The notes under the pieces were generated by a model. The model was not told the origin of the DNA. It was given only the letters and a program-made list of their open reading frames with translations, and made no database searches. Below, piece by piece: positions 14,060-25,050 of a DNA stretch of 64,000 nucleotides (positions are counted from its first letter, which is position 1; the number at the start of each line of letters is the position of its first letter). The DNA comes from Octopus bimaculoides (taxonomy: Eukaryota), in assembly GCF_001194135.2 (NCBI RefSeq), contig NC_068992.1:65380019-65444018 (forward strand). The letters are read 5' to 3'. The position numbers and the translations under genes were made by a program.

Positions 14060-14180
<121 letters not shown>

Positions 14181-14885
14181 CTGATAGAATATAACCATAC
14201 CTTTCCGTTGGAAGTCCTTCAGCAGAAGAAAGAGATAACCATAAAAAGTATAGAGGAAATGAGAAAAGATCGAGTGATTGAAGTTTAGGGAAACAGAACA
14301 TAATGTTGTTGATCGAGGTTAGTTATGAAAAGGGAAACCGGTATGTATATATATATGTCTTGTAGAATTCCTCAGCTAGAGTCACCAGAAATATCTCTGC
14401 AATGTCTCAGCCTGATTTCGTAAACAGGAAGATTATATCGAATAACGTTGCGTTCCATTCACAAATACATGTTTCACTATTTCAGAGGACACATTTCATA
14501 GTAGATCTGCTTGGCCAGTTCTCATCAGGTTTCAATAACAATAACAGCAACAACAGTAATACCAAAGCCTGTTTCCCGAGTAACTGCAAGAAGCAGGCAA
14601 ATGTTTATGATGTCACACACTTAAAACAGGAAGTGTGCAATAAAGATATAGTTCTAGATGTTCAATATATACACAGAATATATTTTGATGGTCATTGATT
14701 GAATGTCTCTAATTATAATTTTAGTCTAAGAGCTTTAAGCAAGTCGCCAGTAGAGAACAAGATTTTTTGGCAGAGGTAGCATTGAAAGATTCGATCTGAA
14801 AACCAACTATTCGTAAAGTGATTTCATTGAACCACGCAGTCATGTGTGTATCTAGTAAGCAATATTAGCGATTTAAATGAAGCTG

Positions 14886-15095
14886 CATGCTGGCAGAAAC
14901 GTTAGCACGCCAGGGGAAATTATTACCGGTATTTCGTCTGCCGTTACGTCCTGAGATCGAATCCGTCAGAGGTCGACGTTGACTTTCATCCTTTTGGGGT
15001 CGATAAATTAAGTACAAGTTAGGTACTGGGGTCGATCTAATCGACTGCCCCCCTCGCCCCAAATTTTGGGCCTTGTGCCTAGAGTAGAAAAGAAT
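14886..15095 (+). mobile_element. SINE-like family A copy (opposite orientation)
   Basis: ctggcagaaacgttagcacgcc...ggggtcgataaattaagtac...ggccttgtgcc is the reverse complement of the 8007-8212 type. Confidence 0.85.
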
Positions 15096-16337
15096 ACTGA
15101 TGATTTAAATACAAATCTGCAGTATTTCAATTTTGATGTTACGACATAACGAAGTCTAAAAACCACGTGATACAGAGAGGGTAACGGGCATAGGCGCTTT
15201 CGAGAAGTGACTATAAACTACTATGAAAGGATTTAGGAAACGATGCTTTAGATTATTAAAGTAAGAGATTAATCTAAACCTGGAGTATAAGGCCATATTT
15301 GTTTTAATATTTATCAGAAGGATCTAGAAGCCAGATAGATACTTACTGGTTATTCTCCATAATAAATCGCAAGAAAGTATTATTTATATAAGCAAGACGT
15401 GATGCTAATAGGATTTATAGCGTGGGTATAAAATGCACATAGAGCGAGGAAAGCAGTGCATAAATAACGTAACATGGAGTTGGTGGCTCTTAAAGGGGTT
15501 AGCAGTGAGTGAAAGTTAAATTTATAGCCGATACGAATCTAATGAATTCAGGAGAAGGTATTATGAAAGAAATAGATTGTAAACCAACGAAAATATATGC
15601 ACTGATACTTGGAAAGAAGATAAATATAACTGTAGCGCAAACGAAAATCGATCGAAGTGGCTGAGACTGATATAGTGTAGCGTGCACCACATATAATGGT
15701 TCTTCAATCAAACAATATCAAATTTTGCGTATATGAAGTCGCAACACCAATATTATATAATATAACTCTGCTTAAAAATACAAATATTTCAATTATTGTG
15801 AAAATAGTGTAGGAATTATTGAAATAACTGCAAATGCAATTATTGATACACTTCACTCATATATATTACATAGAAAAACGTCCATTAACTGAAACTAGCT
15901 ATGATGCAATTCCTAGCAATGTTCTCTCTGTATGGGCGTATTTAATGTCGAAATAAAATAAAATCGAATAAAATTGATTGAAACTTTGGTAAAATAAAGA
16001 AAATACGGTATATACATGGATCGAATCGTTCATTCTTAAATGGTGGCCATCATTATTTGATATTTCGAAACTTTTTTCATAGAAACGGCCATCATCAAAG
16101 GAAAAGGAATATTTTAGGGAACTTTTCGACAATGTGATTTTAAATTTTATTGTGTGAAAGACTAGCAATTATTCTGATTTTTGCATTTACTTAAAATGAT
16201 TAGGAGTATAAAAATGACCATGTTTTGGTTTTAATATACCTCTTCAGAGTAGTATATTGACCTTGGGATGGATGAGAGTAATCGATGCACATGGCCGCAT
16301 GAATTAGGACTGATTTTAGAAATAATTAAACGCTAAG

Positions 16338-16377
<40 letters not shown>

Positions 16378-16422
16378 TATTTAATAATTAACATCTCTTT
16401 AATATTTACAGTTTATGCCTAC

Positions 16423-16660
16423 AGCATATGGCGTAGTGGTTAAGTGCGCGGGCTACTAACCACAAGATTCCGAATTCGATTCCGGGCAGTGACCTGAATA
16501 ATAATATTAACATCGAAAAATATCTTAGGAATAAGAACCCAGGTTCGAAATTTCCCCAAGACCCCTGATAAAGGCTGGAGTGTATATCAGCCGAAACGTT
16601 GTGTTAACAACAAACAAAATGAGGAGAAATATCCGTCAAATGTAAATAAAGTAAATAATA
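16423..16660 (+). mobile_element. tRNA-headed SINE-like element with internal hammerhead-like motif
   Basis: A box TGGCGTAGTGG (16429-16439), B box-like GAATTCGATTCC (16472-16483), then a unique body and an AT-rich tail. Not a complete tRNA cloverleaf. Confidence 0.75.
16560..16605 (+). ncRNA. Minimal type I hammerhead ribozyme-like motif (degenerate copy)
   Basis: GACCC-CTGATAA-A-GGCTG[GAGTGTATAT]CAGCC-GAA-ACGT-T-GTGTT. Perfect 5-bp stem II, palindromic ACGT stem III, stem I 4/5 paired. Core G8 is replaced by A. Confidence 0.55.
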
Positions 16661-17184
16661 TGCTTTAATATTTGTCTCCTATAATTGAGATATATTTCTT
16701 TCGTCAGGTATGATTATTTCTTATGAGCTTCTTGCATGAAATATACCGTATTATGCCGACCTTATGTAATTAGTAGAAATGATGTAAAATTACCGTGAGA
16801 AAGAACAGAATATATAATTTTGGTAAAGAGGAGTAGGAAACTGGACTCAGCTGAAATAAAAGAAAATGTAGTTAGAAATTCTATGGAATGGTTAAGAGGA
16901 AGGGGGGAAGGATAGAGTGGGAGAGAATATTGGTGAAAGTCTTTGTAATATACCTGAACATAAAACACCATTCGTGTTCGTAAATCTAGATTTATGGCGA
17001 GCATGAGAGCGAGTTTGTGAGATCAAACATTGCTTTAGTGATCAAGATGAAATGTCTAAACTCCATTGCTGTTTCAGCCACGGAGCATTCTGGAATTGGT
17101 ATCAGACAATAAAATATTCTGATCTCGATCAAAGTACTTCGTCAAGAAAATAGATGATAATGTTAATATTTGTTTCTTGGATGT

Positions 17185-17880
17185 AAGGCCTAAAACAATG
17201 CCCTCATTTACCGACCGCTACTTATTTTATCGATCTCGAAGCGATAAAAACAAATGTGAGCTGCGTGAGCTTTAGAAATCCGAACCTAAAGCGTTGTGGA
17301 TAAACGGAGGCAAACATTTTAGACGAAGTTCTCATAATTCTGACAATTTATCCCTATTTTGCGGGTTCACTTTACAAATCAACTACCATTTTGATGGCTG
17401 CTCCACCAATTTTGTCAAATGACCATTCTTAATAATTTCGTTACAAGACTAGCAGCTTTAAGGAAAAAGGACAAATCGATTACGTGGACACGAGCGAATA
17501 CATCAATTGTGTTTTATTTCATCGTCCACGAAAAAATGAAAAGCAAGGTTGACCTTATCAAGATTTGAACTCAGAATTTAAAGAACCAGAAATGGTACCA
17601 CTCGGCGAGTTTTTTCCTCTGACGCTCTAACGATTCTACCTCTTAACCGCTATACTTCTATTATTTATGTTGTTTTCAGATTTTGTCACAAGGCCAGCAA
17701 CTTTGAGAGAGTGTCTAAGTCGATTACATCGACCTTAGTGATCAGCTGGTGCTTATTTCATCGACCTCGAAATGACGAATGGCAAATTGACTTCAGCGGA
17801 ATTTGAACTCAAAAACTAAAAACGGATGAAATACTGCTAAGAATTTTGCACTGCATGTTCTTCTGCCAGTTCTTCGACTC
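17185..17880 (-). mobile_element. Three head-to-tail SINE-like family A copies (~17185-17350, 17445-17650, 17675-17880)
   Basis: Each carries a version of the cttattt(t/c)atcg...gaatttgaactcagaa core. Confidence 0.75.
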
Positions 17881-18257
17881 AAATACAATTAATTATGCTA
17901 CTTTTAACAACTATATAACACTAGTTTAGGTAACATATTAAAAGTAACATATTAAATTATGATTGTAATCCTCAGAATTACAACATGCGATGTGTTTGTG
18001 ACAAGCAGGATATTAAGAAGTGTATAACAGAAATGATGTTAGTAAAAATGCATTAGTATTATTTGTACTACTATTAATACTGAGATGGAATTCAGTTTAA
18101 TATTTAATAAGCTTGGAATGTAATGTAAGATACTCTAATGGAGAAAGGAAATAAGATAACAAAGAAACAACAATAGCAACGACGTTAAAAATAACAGTTA
18201 CAATAAAATTAAAAGAAAACGAACGAATGTAATGACAGAGATTGCTAACAGTATTGA

Positions 18258-18277
18258 TAATAATAATAATAATAATG

Positions 18278-18348
<71 letters not shown>

Positions 18349-18800
18349 AAGAAGAAGAAGAAGAAGAAGAAGAAGAAGAAGAAGAAGAAGAAGAAGAAGA
18401 AGAAGAAGGAGAATAACAAGAACAAGAAGTAGAAGAAGAAGAAAAAAGAAGAAGAAAAACAACAACAACAACAATTAGAGTAGCAACGGCGGCAGCAACA
18501 GCAACACCAACAACAACAATTATAATAATGATATTAATAATGATGACGATGAAGTTGATGATGATGATGATGAGGAGGAGGAGGAGGAGGAGGAAGAGGG
18601 GGAGGTGGAGGATATTGACGACGTTGATAATAACGCTAACAATAAAAACAACAATAAAATGATAAAGAGGAGCTGGGATCGAAGAGTAAGAGCAACAATA
18701 GGTAGAACAACAACAACAAGAAGAAATCTATGGAAGGTGATTGCAATTGCTGTTGTCGATGATAATTGAAGCGAAGAGGATGTTGATGAAGACAAAGAGA
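18258..18800. repeat. Compound trinucleotide microsatellite (AAT)n(GAA)n(CAA)n(GAT)n(GAG)n
   Basis: Directly visible; accounts for the poly-N/K/I/L ORFs in the track. Confidence 0.95.
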
Positions 18801-19153
18801 GTGCGAGGGGGTGGCGGTGGCAGTTGATTGGAAAGCTAGAATGGCGGCGAGCAGTGAAATGGAGAAAGAGAAAAGTGGAATGGTTTTCGGAAAGGCGAGG
18901 TAAAAGCCAACAAGAGGATATTTTTGGTTAGCACTAATCTAGAAAGACAGAACTACGAAGAAGAATGCTTTGCTGGTTTCTGGTGCTTCGTTGTTTGGTG
19001 TAGTTTTTGTTATTTTTTCTTGCTGAATTTCTTTCTTAAAATTATGTAATTCTAATTACAATTGTGTCTAATGGAAGCTGGAAATGGGAATGAAATGTAC
19101 GTGTGTGTGTATGTGTGTGTATATGTATTGTGTGCGCACGTACGTGTGTGTGA

Positions 19154-19193
<40 letters not shown>

Positions 19194-19203
19194 NNNNNNN
19201 NNN

Positions 19204-19245
<42 letters not shown>

Positions 19246-19557
19246 TTTGTACGTATGTGTGCGTGTGGTTTGAATGTATGTTTGTGATTATGGATGTATG
19301 TTTGGAACATGATGCGTGTGTGTGTGAGAGAGAGAGAGACAGAGCGGCAGAGAGAGCGTTTGTATGAATGTGTGTGTCGGTGTGTGCGTGTGAGAGAGAG
19401 ACAGAGAGAGAAAGAGAGGCAGAGAGAAAGAGAGACAGAGAGAAAGAGAGGCAGAGAGAGAGAGAGAGAGTTTGTATATATGTGTGTGTGTGGATGTGTG
19501 TGTGTGAGAGAGAGAGAGAGAGGGAGAGACAAACAGACAGAATGGTAGACATATATA

Positions 19558-19788
19558 TCAGGTCATCCCATAAGTACTGTCCGAATTTTGAATAAAGAAA
19601 ACAATTGATCAAATGTTATATTTAATTGAAATTTAATCATCAATGTACTTTCTTTGCTGGATTATCTATGACTGCCTTCCATCTATTTACAAGCTTTTAA
19701 TCCCATCAATGTAGAACTCTTTTTATTTCAAAGGGAAGAACTCTGAAATGTTTCGGCATCCTCCTGACTTTCGAAAGTTATGACCTGA
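19558..19788 (-). mobile_element. Internally deleted mariner derivative (transposase C-terminus plus 3' TIR)
   Basis: TA-TCAGGTCAT at the left end and ATGACCTGA-TA at the right end. Minus strand encodes remnant KEFYIDGIKSL..RWKAVIDN, resembling the mariner C-terminal FY..GI..L..RW motif. Confidence 0.75.
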
Positions 19789-19804
19789 TATATATTATAC
19801 GTTG

Positions 19805-19975
19805 TTGGTGTGCTTACGTGTCCGTAACTTGACGGTTCAGCAAAAAGAGAACCGATAGAACAAGTGCTAGGCTTACAAAGAATAAGTCCTTAGGTCGATT
19901 TGTTCGACTGAAGGCGGTGCTCCAGCATGGCCAAAGTCAAACGACTGAAACGAGTAAAAAAATAAAATAGAAGAG
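19805..19975 (+). mobile_element. SINE-like family C 3' part (related pieces at ~35415-35472, 41320-41437, 52661-52780, 62176-62225)
   Basis: Shared motif cggtgctccagcatg(g/a)...gactgaaac.agtaaaa recurs at these loci. Confidence 0.65.
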
Positions 19976-19979
19976 GAAA

Positions 19980-20066
19980 GTACTGTTTCTACTTCGCGGT
20001 TTTTCACTTATCGCGGGGGTGTGGGTGTGGTGGGACGTAACACCCGCGATAGTCGAGGGATTGGTG
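19980..20066 (-). mobile_element. Tigger/pogo-like element end
   Basis: Minus strand tccctcgactatcgcgggtgttacg...ccccgcgataagtgaaaaaccgcgaagtag resembles Tigger-type termini as I recall them. It has an internal inverted repeat tatcgcggg/cccgcgata. Confidence 0.45.
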
Positions 20067-20630
20067 TATATATGAGTGTACGTACGCTTGTGCACCTTGC
20101 TGTAAGTGCGTCTGCGATGAGGGAGGGCGTGTATATGTGTCCTGGTGAGAGAGTGCAAGCAAATAAGTGCTTAAGTATGAGATTGCGCATATGACGATAG
20201 TTAGAGGGGGAGAGAGAGACAGAGAAAGAGAGATAGAGAGAGAGAGACTGCCAGAGAGAGGAAACGGGGTGGGTGTGATTACGTTGGCTGTTTCGAGTGT
20301 ACATGGGGCGTTTGTGTGTATGCATATATGTGCATACGTGCTGGAGTGTATGCGTGTACATGTATGTGAGAATGTGTGTATAGCAGTGGGTGGAATAGAG
20401 GTGAATTAAGAAATGTGTGTGCGTGTGTATGTGTGTGTGTGCGTGTTGCGTTCATGAGATGGCTAAGTATATGTGTGCGTACGTGAGTCTCTGAGAGTAG
20501 GTGTAATAGTGCAACATGCACTAAGTACAGAATGGTACATACATACATACATACATACATACACAAATGCACACACACGCACGCACGCACGCACGCACGC
20601 AAGCGCGCATACATACATACACACATGCAC

Positions 20631-20710
20631 GTATATATACATACACGTACGTATATATACATACACGTACGTATATATACATACACGTACGTATATATAC
20701 ATACACGCAC
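20631..20710. repeat. 20-bp minisatellite x4
   Basis: gtatatatacatacacgtac, three exact copies plus one with a single mismatch. Confidence 0.95.
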
Positions 20711-20719
20711 ACGCACATG

Positions 20720-20753
<34 letters not shown>

Positions 20754-21214
20754 CATACATACACGCTCACACATATGTGTGTGAGTGTGTGTATATGAGA
20801 ATGAGAGAGTCAGTAAAATCGCGTACGTGTGTGTGTGTGTGTGTATGTGTGCGTGCGTGTGTATTTGAGAGGAGGTGAGATGAATGAATGTGGATAGTGG
20901 GTAGGTTATGAAGTAAAACGGGTGGCTGCTGTGGGTTTGTGGGTGGAGCGGTTGTCAATATCAATAGAAAGAGAGAAGTAACACTTGTAATAATACCAAT
21001 TGTTATTGATGGTTTAATGGTTAATATGGAGGCTGAGAGCGTCGACAAAGATCTGGGTGAGGGTGGAGTGGGGGTGGAAAGAAGCGGTGTGGTGTTGGGG
21101 GTGAGGGAAGAAGCGGAGTTGGTGGGAGTTTTAAAGATGGAATCGTAAAAAGAAAAAGGAAGAACGTTTTAGGAAACGAAACGGTAATAGATCTGTTAGA
21201 TGGTGTAGTAGTAA

Positions 21215-21252
<38 letters not shown>

Positions 21253-21393
21253 NNNNNNNNNNNNNNNNNNNNNNNNNNNNNNNNNNNNNNNNNNNNNNNN
21301 NNNNNNNNNNNNNNNNNNNNNNNNNNNNNNNNNNNNNNNNGAACGTTTTAGGAAACGAAACGGTAATAGATCTGTTAGATGGTGTAGTAGTAA

Positions 21394-21442
<49 letters not shown>

Positions 21443-22104
21443 GGTGGTGGCGGTGGTGGTGGTGGTGGTGGTGTGGTGGTGCTAAGAGAGAAAGAAGTCG
21501 CAATAAAACTGTATCTTGAAAAGTGTTCTTACTGAACAAAATATTACTTCACGGCATCGAACGAACCGTTTAATTAAATGCTCACACGCACGCGTGCACA
21601 GACACACACACACACATACACACACACAAGTATATATAATAGACATACATACGTATACATAGATATAGATATGCTTATATTTAACTATATATATACCTTT
21701 AGATGCAATATATGGATTCATATAATCCTTTCGCTTTCACAGAAAGTTCTCCTAGCAGACCACATAGTAATCCAGAGATCCAATCAATGGAATTCTGCCG
21801 TGAGAATTACATAAACCATACAAAGACAGGAAGTATGACTGGTGAATATATTTATTTAAACATTTGATATCCGTAGGATTGCCGCCTTTTTGCAGCCTTC
21901 AGCATGTGATAATAATTTCAGTGTATAATAAATTATTTTACATGCCTGGACTTATATGCGTACTAAGCATTTTACATTTCATTCAACTCTGAAGGCTGAA
22001 GCGTTGTTATAACAATGAGAACCATATTGATTTGGAGACGAAGAAGGCGACAAGGGGAAATACTTGCAAGAGTATAAATAAAGAAAGATTTTTAAATCAC
22101 TTAC

Positions 22105-22271
22105 AATATCCATGATTTGTGTGAGCGTGATGCCAAGATGAACTACTACTGGAGAGGATGCCTTCATCACTGGCCTAACCGAGTTGTCGTAATTATCCAT
22201 CAGTTTGTAGAGTAACCTTTGTTCATCTGTCATAATGATGTCCTTCTCGATGGGTAATCGAGATGTTATCT
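22105..22271 (-). CDS. Nicotinic acetylcholine receptor alpha-type subunit, N-terminal extracellular exon (equivalent to exon 2)
   Basis: Translates (E)ITSRLPIEKDIIMTDEQRLLYKLMDNYDNSVRPVMKASSPVVVHLGITLTQIMDI, the typical nAChR alpha1 helix/RPV/beta1 segment. Acceptor catttcag at 22279-22272, donor GTAAGT from 22104. 167 nt, phase 1 to phase 0. Confidence 0.93.
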
Positions 22272-22493
22272 CTGAAATGACATGCATGTAATTAGTTATA
22301 ATTGGTTGTCGGAATGTATGTACCAAATGATTGCGGTTAAATTACATTCAAATGAATTACAGAACAGATTCATACGGTATAGTGATTCGGCTGCAAATAT
22401 ACATACATGCATAAACATATATATATACACATACATATGTGTATGTTTATTCATTACCTATATATATGTGTGTGTGTATATCTATCTATCTAA

Positions 22494-22569
<76 letters not shown>

Positions 22570-22787
22570 NNNNNNNNNNNNNNNNNNNNNNNNNNNNNNN
22601 NNNNNNNNNNNNNNNNNNNNNNNNNNNNNNNNNNNNNNNNNNNNNNNNNNNNNNATAGTGAGGTTCTTGTATACATTTTTCTTCAAATAGAAACAAAGTT
22701 CTATTTTAATCTAAAATATACTCTCTCTCATTGTCTGCAATGCTCTTCCAACTATCTAGTTGATTTGCAAGGCCCCACTTCCAATAT

Positions 22788-23775
22788 TCACTTGTCCGTG
22801 ACAAAAAATACCTCAAACTGCTTCAGCTTCTCGAATGCCATCCTCGCTCTATGTGACCGAGTATTATCCTGATGGAAGAACACCTTTCGACTTGAAACCA
22901 AAGATGGTCGATTTTCTTCTAGCGCTGACTTAAGCCGCTCAAGCTGCTTGCAGTAGATCTCTTTTGTTATCGTTTGATTTGGGTTTAAAAGTTCAAAGTG
23001 GACTAAAACTTTCATATCCTGCCAAACAGATAACAACACCTGACCTGGGTGAAGGCCTTCTTTAGCCTGGGGTGCTGGTGTTTCTCCTCCTGCTACCCAC
23101 TGTCTTCAGTGTTTGACATTTTTATAGATAACCTATTTCTTGTCATCACTCACTATTCAGTAACAAAAGAGCCTCATTTGTTAGACGTGACAGTAAAGAA
23201 GAGCACACATTCACTCTCTGCACGCGATTAGAAGTTTATGAGGAACTCTTTGACCAATTTGCTGACTTTTCCGATTGCACACAGGTGTCGATGAATGGTT
23301 GAATGACCAAATCCAACCGTCTCTGCTAATTCCTCAACAGTTACGATGGGATTTTATTCCACCAAGTTTTGCAGGAAGTCCTCCTCGAACTCTACAAATC
23401 TTCCAGCATGAAGATCGTCTCTTAGACTAGTTTCTGGCTCGGAATTTCTGGACTCACCATTGACACTGGCTTACGCTTATTGCCGATACCAATATATTGC
23501 ATTAATATTCCTCACACTTTCCGTTGCGTTGCTGTCTTTATTGAACTCATAAAGCAAAAATATGCCGAAGATGCTCCTTTGTCACTTATATTATAGCTTT
23601 GTAAAAATAACTGTTAGAATCGAACTTCACTCTTCAAATCTTGCACTAAGAAAAAGTGAATATGGTAAATTTACTGTTTCTGTAAAAAGTTGATGCCAGA
23701 AGCTTATCTTGTCTCCCTCCGACTTTTAAGTTTATGCAATTGAAAAGACCGCATTATTTATGGGATGAAACAATA
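22788..23775 (-). mobile_element. Decayed mariner transposon (5' TIR plus N-terminal ~two thirds of the transposase pseudogene)
   Basis: Terminus TA-TTGTTTCATCCCATAAATAATGCGG at 23775. Frameshifted/stop-interrupted VTKEHLRHI-LLYEFNK, HTH segment NPIVTVEELAETVGFGHSTIHRHL, GLHPGQVLLSVW (cf. LHPKKVMLSVWW) and FHQDNTRSH (cf. HDNARPH). The 3' end is missing. Confidence 0.92.
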
Positions 23776-24852
23776 TATATCTATGGAAATATAGATAGAA
23801 ATATAGAGATAGAGCTTGAAAAAAAGAAAGAAAGAAAGAAAGAAGAGTTCAATTTTATCTTTATGATGTATTTTGATTTCTTGGCGATTTGGCCGCTATT
23901 TCTTGCAGCGCTTTCTCCTTTGATCCTCTGCGATGTCCGGAAATATATTGATAGAAAATGCAAAAGGATATTCCTATGTAACGCGTTTGCTCAGTTCGAA
24001 TAGATAACTATTTGTCAGTCCTTCTTTAGTGCAGCTGAAATATATTTTCTGAAATGAATACGAATCCTAGAAAGCTACAAACACTAAAGAATGGCTTGCA
24101 TGCACAAAGCACGGTTTGAAGAAAGTTTGTCGGTAGACAAAGTACACTTGATGACATTTATAGAATTCGAGATGTATAAGTGAATAGAAATTTATATATG
24201 AAACCAGGAAGATTAATCAATCAGACAAAAAGAAATGATTAAAACCAACAAAGAAATAAACAAAAGACATATATTTAAAAGAAAAAAACATGTGAGAATG
24301 GAAAATTGGAAAGAAATATTATTACGTGCATCGTTTTCCAAGAGAATTGTAGTTAGAGCAGAAGAGAAAATATAAGCTTGGTTGATCATGTGATAAAAAT
24401 ATCAAAGTATATAACATCATAAACTGTGCTTTACTATGTACATAATAACTGAGTGGAAAAAAAAATAGATATCATTAAATTGTAATTTTAGTTTCGCCAA
24501 AAAACTGTCAACGACACAAGCGAGAGAAAGCCGTGTTTTATCTACATCGGAGCGCTGTAAGCGACAAAATGGCGGATATTTATTTGACTGGTGGATATTA
24601 GAAGTGTGGCACATAAAAAAAAGTTTTCTCTTGTCTTCAAAAAGATTTCGGCTTTTATAATAACCATTACACAAGAATTCATCGTAAACTCCTTCAATAA
24701 ACATCGTTATTATCAGCTTAAAAACTTTGCTTCAGTAAAGTGAGTGATAGCAGTCGTAGTGGTAACTGTGATGGTGGTAGATGCTGACTTTCCAATGAAG
24801 CAAAAAATATGTCTTGGCTTCTTTCATTCTTCTTTTTCACAGATTCCTAATA

Positions 24853-25050
24853 TCAATTTCAAATTTTGGCACGAGGCCAGCAAACTTTGGCACGAGGCCC
24901 ACATCAACCTCAGTGGGACTTATTTAATCGACCGCCCCCCAAAGTATGAAGGGCAAAGTCGACCCCGACGGTATTTGAACTTAGAAGGTAAAGACGGACA
25001 AAATGGCTTCAAGCATTTTATTCGGTGTCCCCAACAATTTTGCCGATTTC
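24853..25050 (-). mobile_element. SINE-like family A copy with internal duplication
   Basis: Family core present; tttggcacgaggcc occurs twice. Confidence 0.75.

Noticed and set aside
16423-16495. tRNA gene (also 29900-29984 and 51040-51111)
   Set aside because: A/B boxes are present but there is no complete cloverleaf, and each continues into a repeat body, so they are SINE heads.
18097-18795. Poly-L/I/F/N/K/S ORFs resembling membrane or low-complexity proteins (also 13755, 28770, 30297, 36220-36640)
   Set aside because: Translations of trinucleotide microsatellites, open in several frames on both strands.
21162-21432. ~90-bp direct duplication on both sides of an N gap
   Set aside because: Identical sequence ending in the same (TAG)n on either side of a gap is the signature of unmerged overlapping contig ends.
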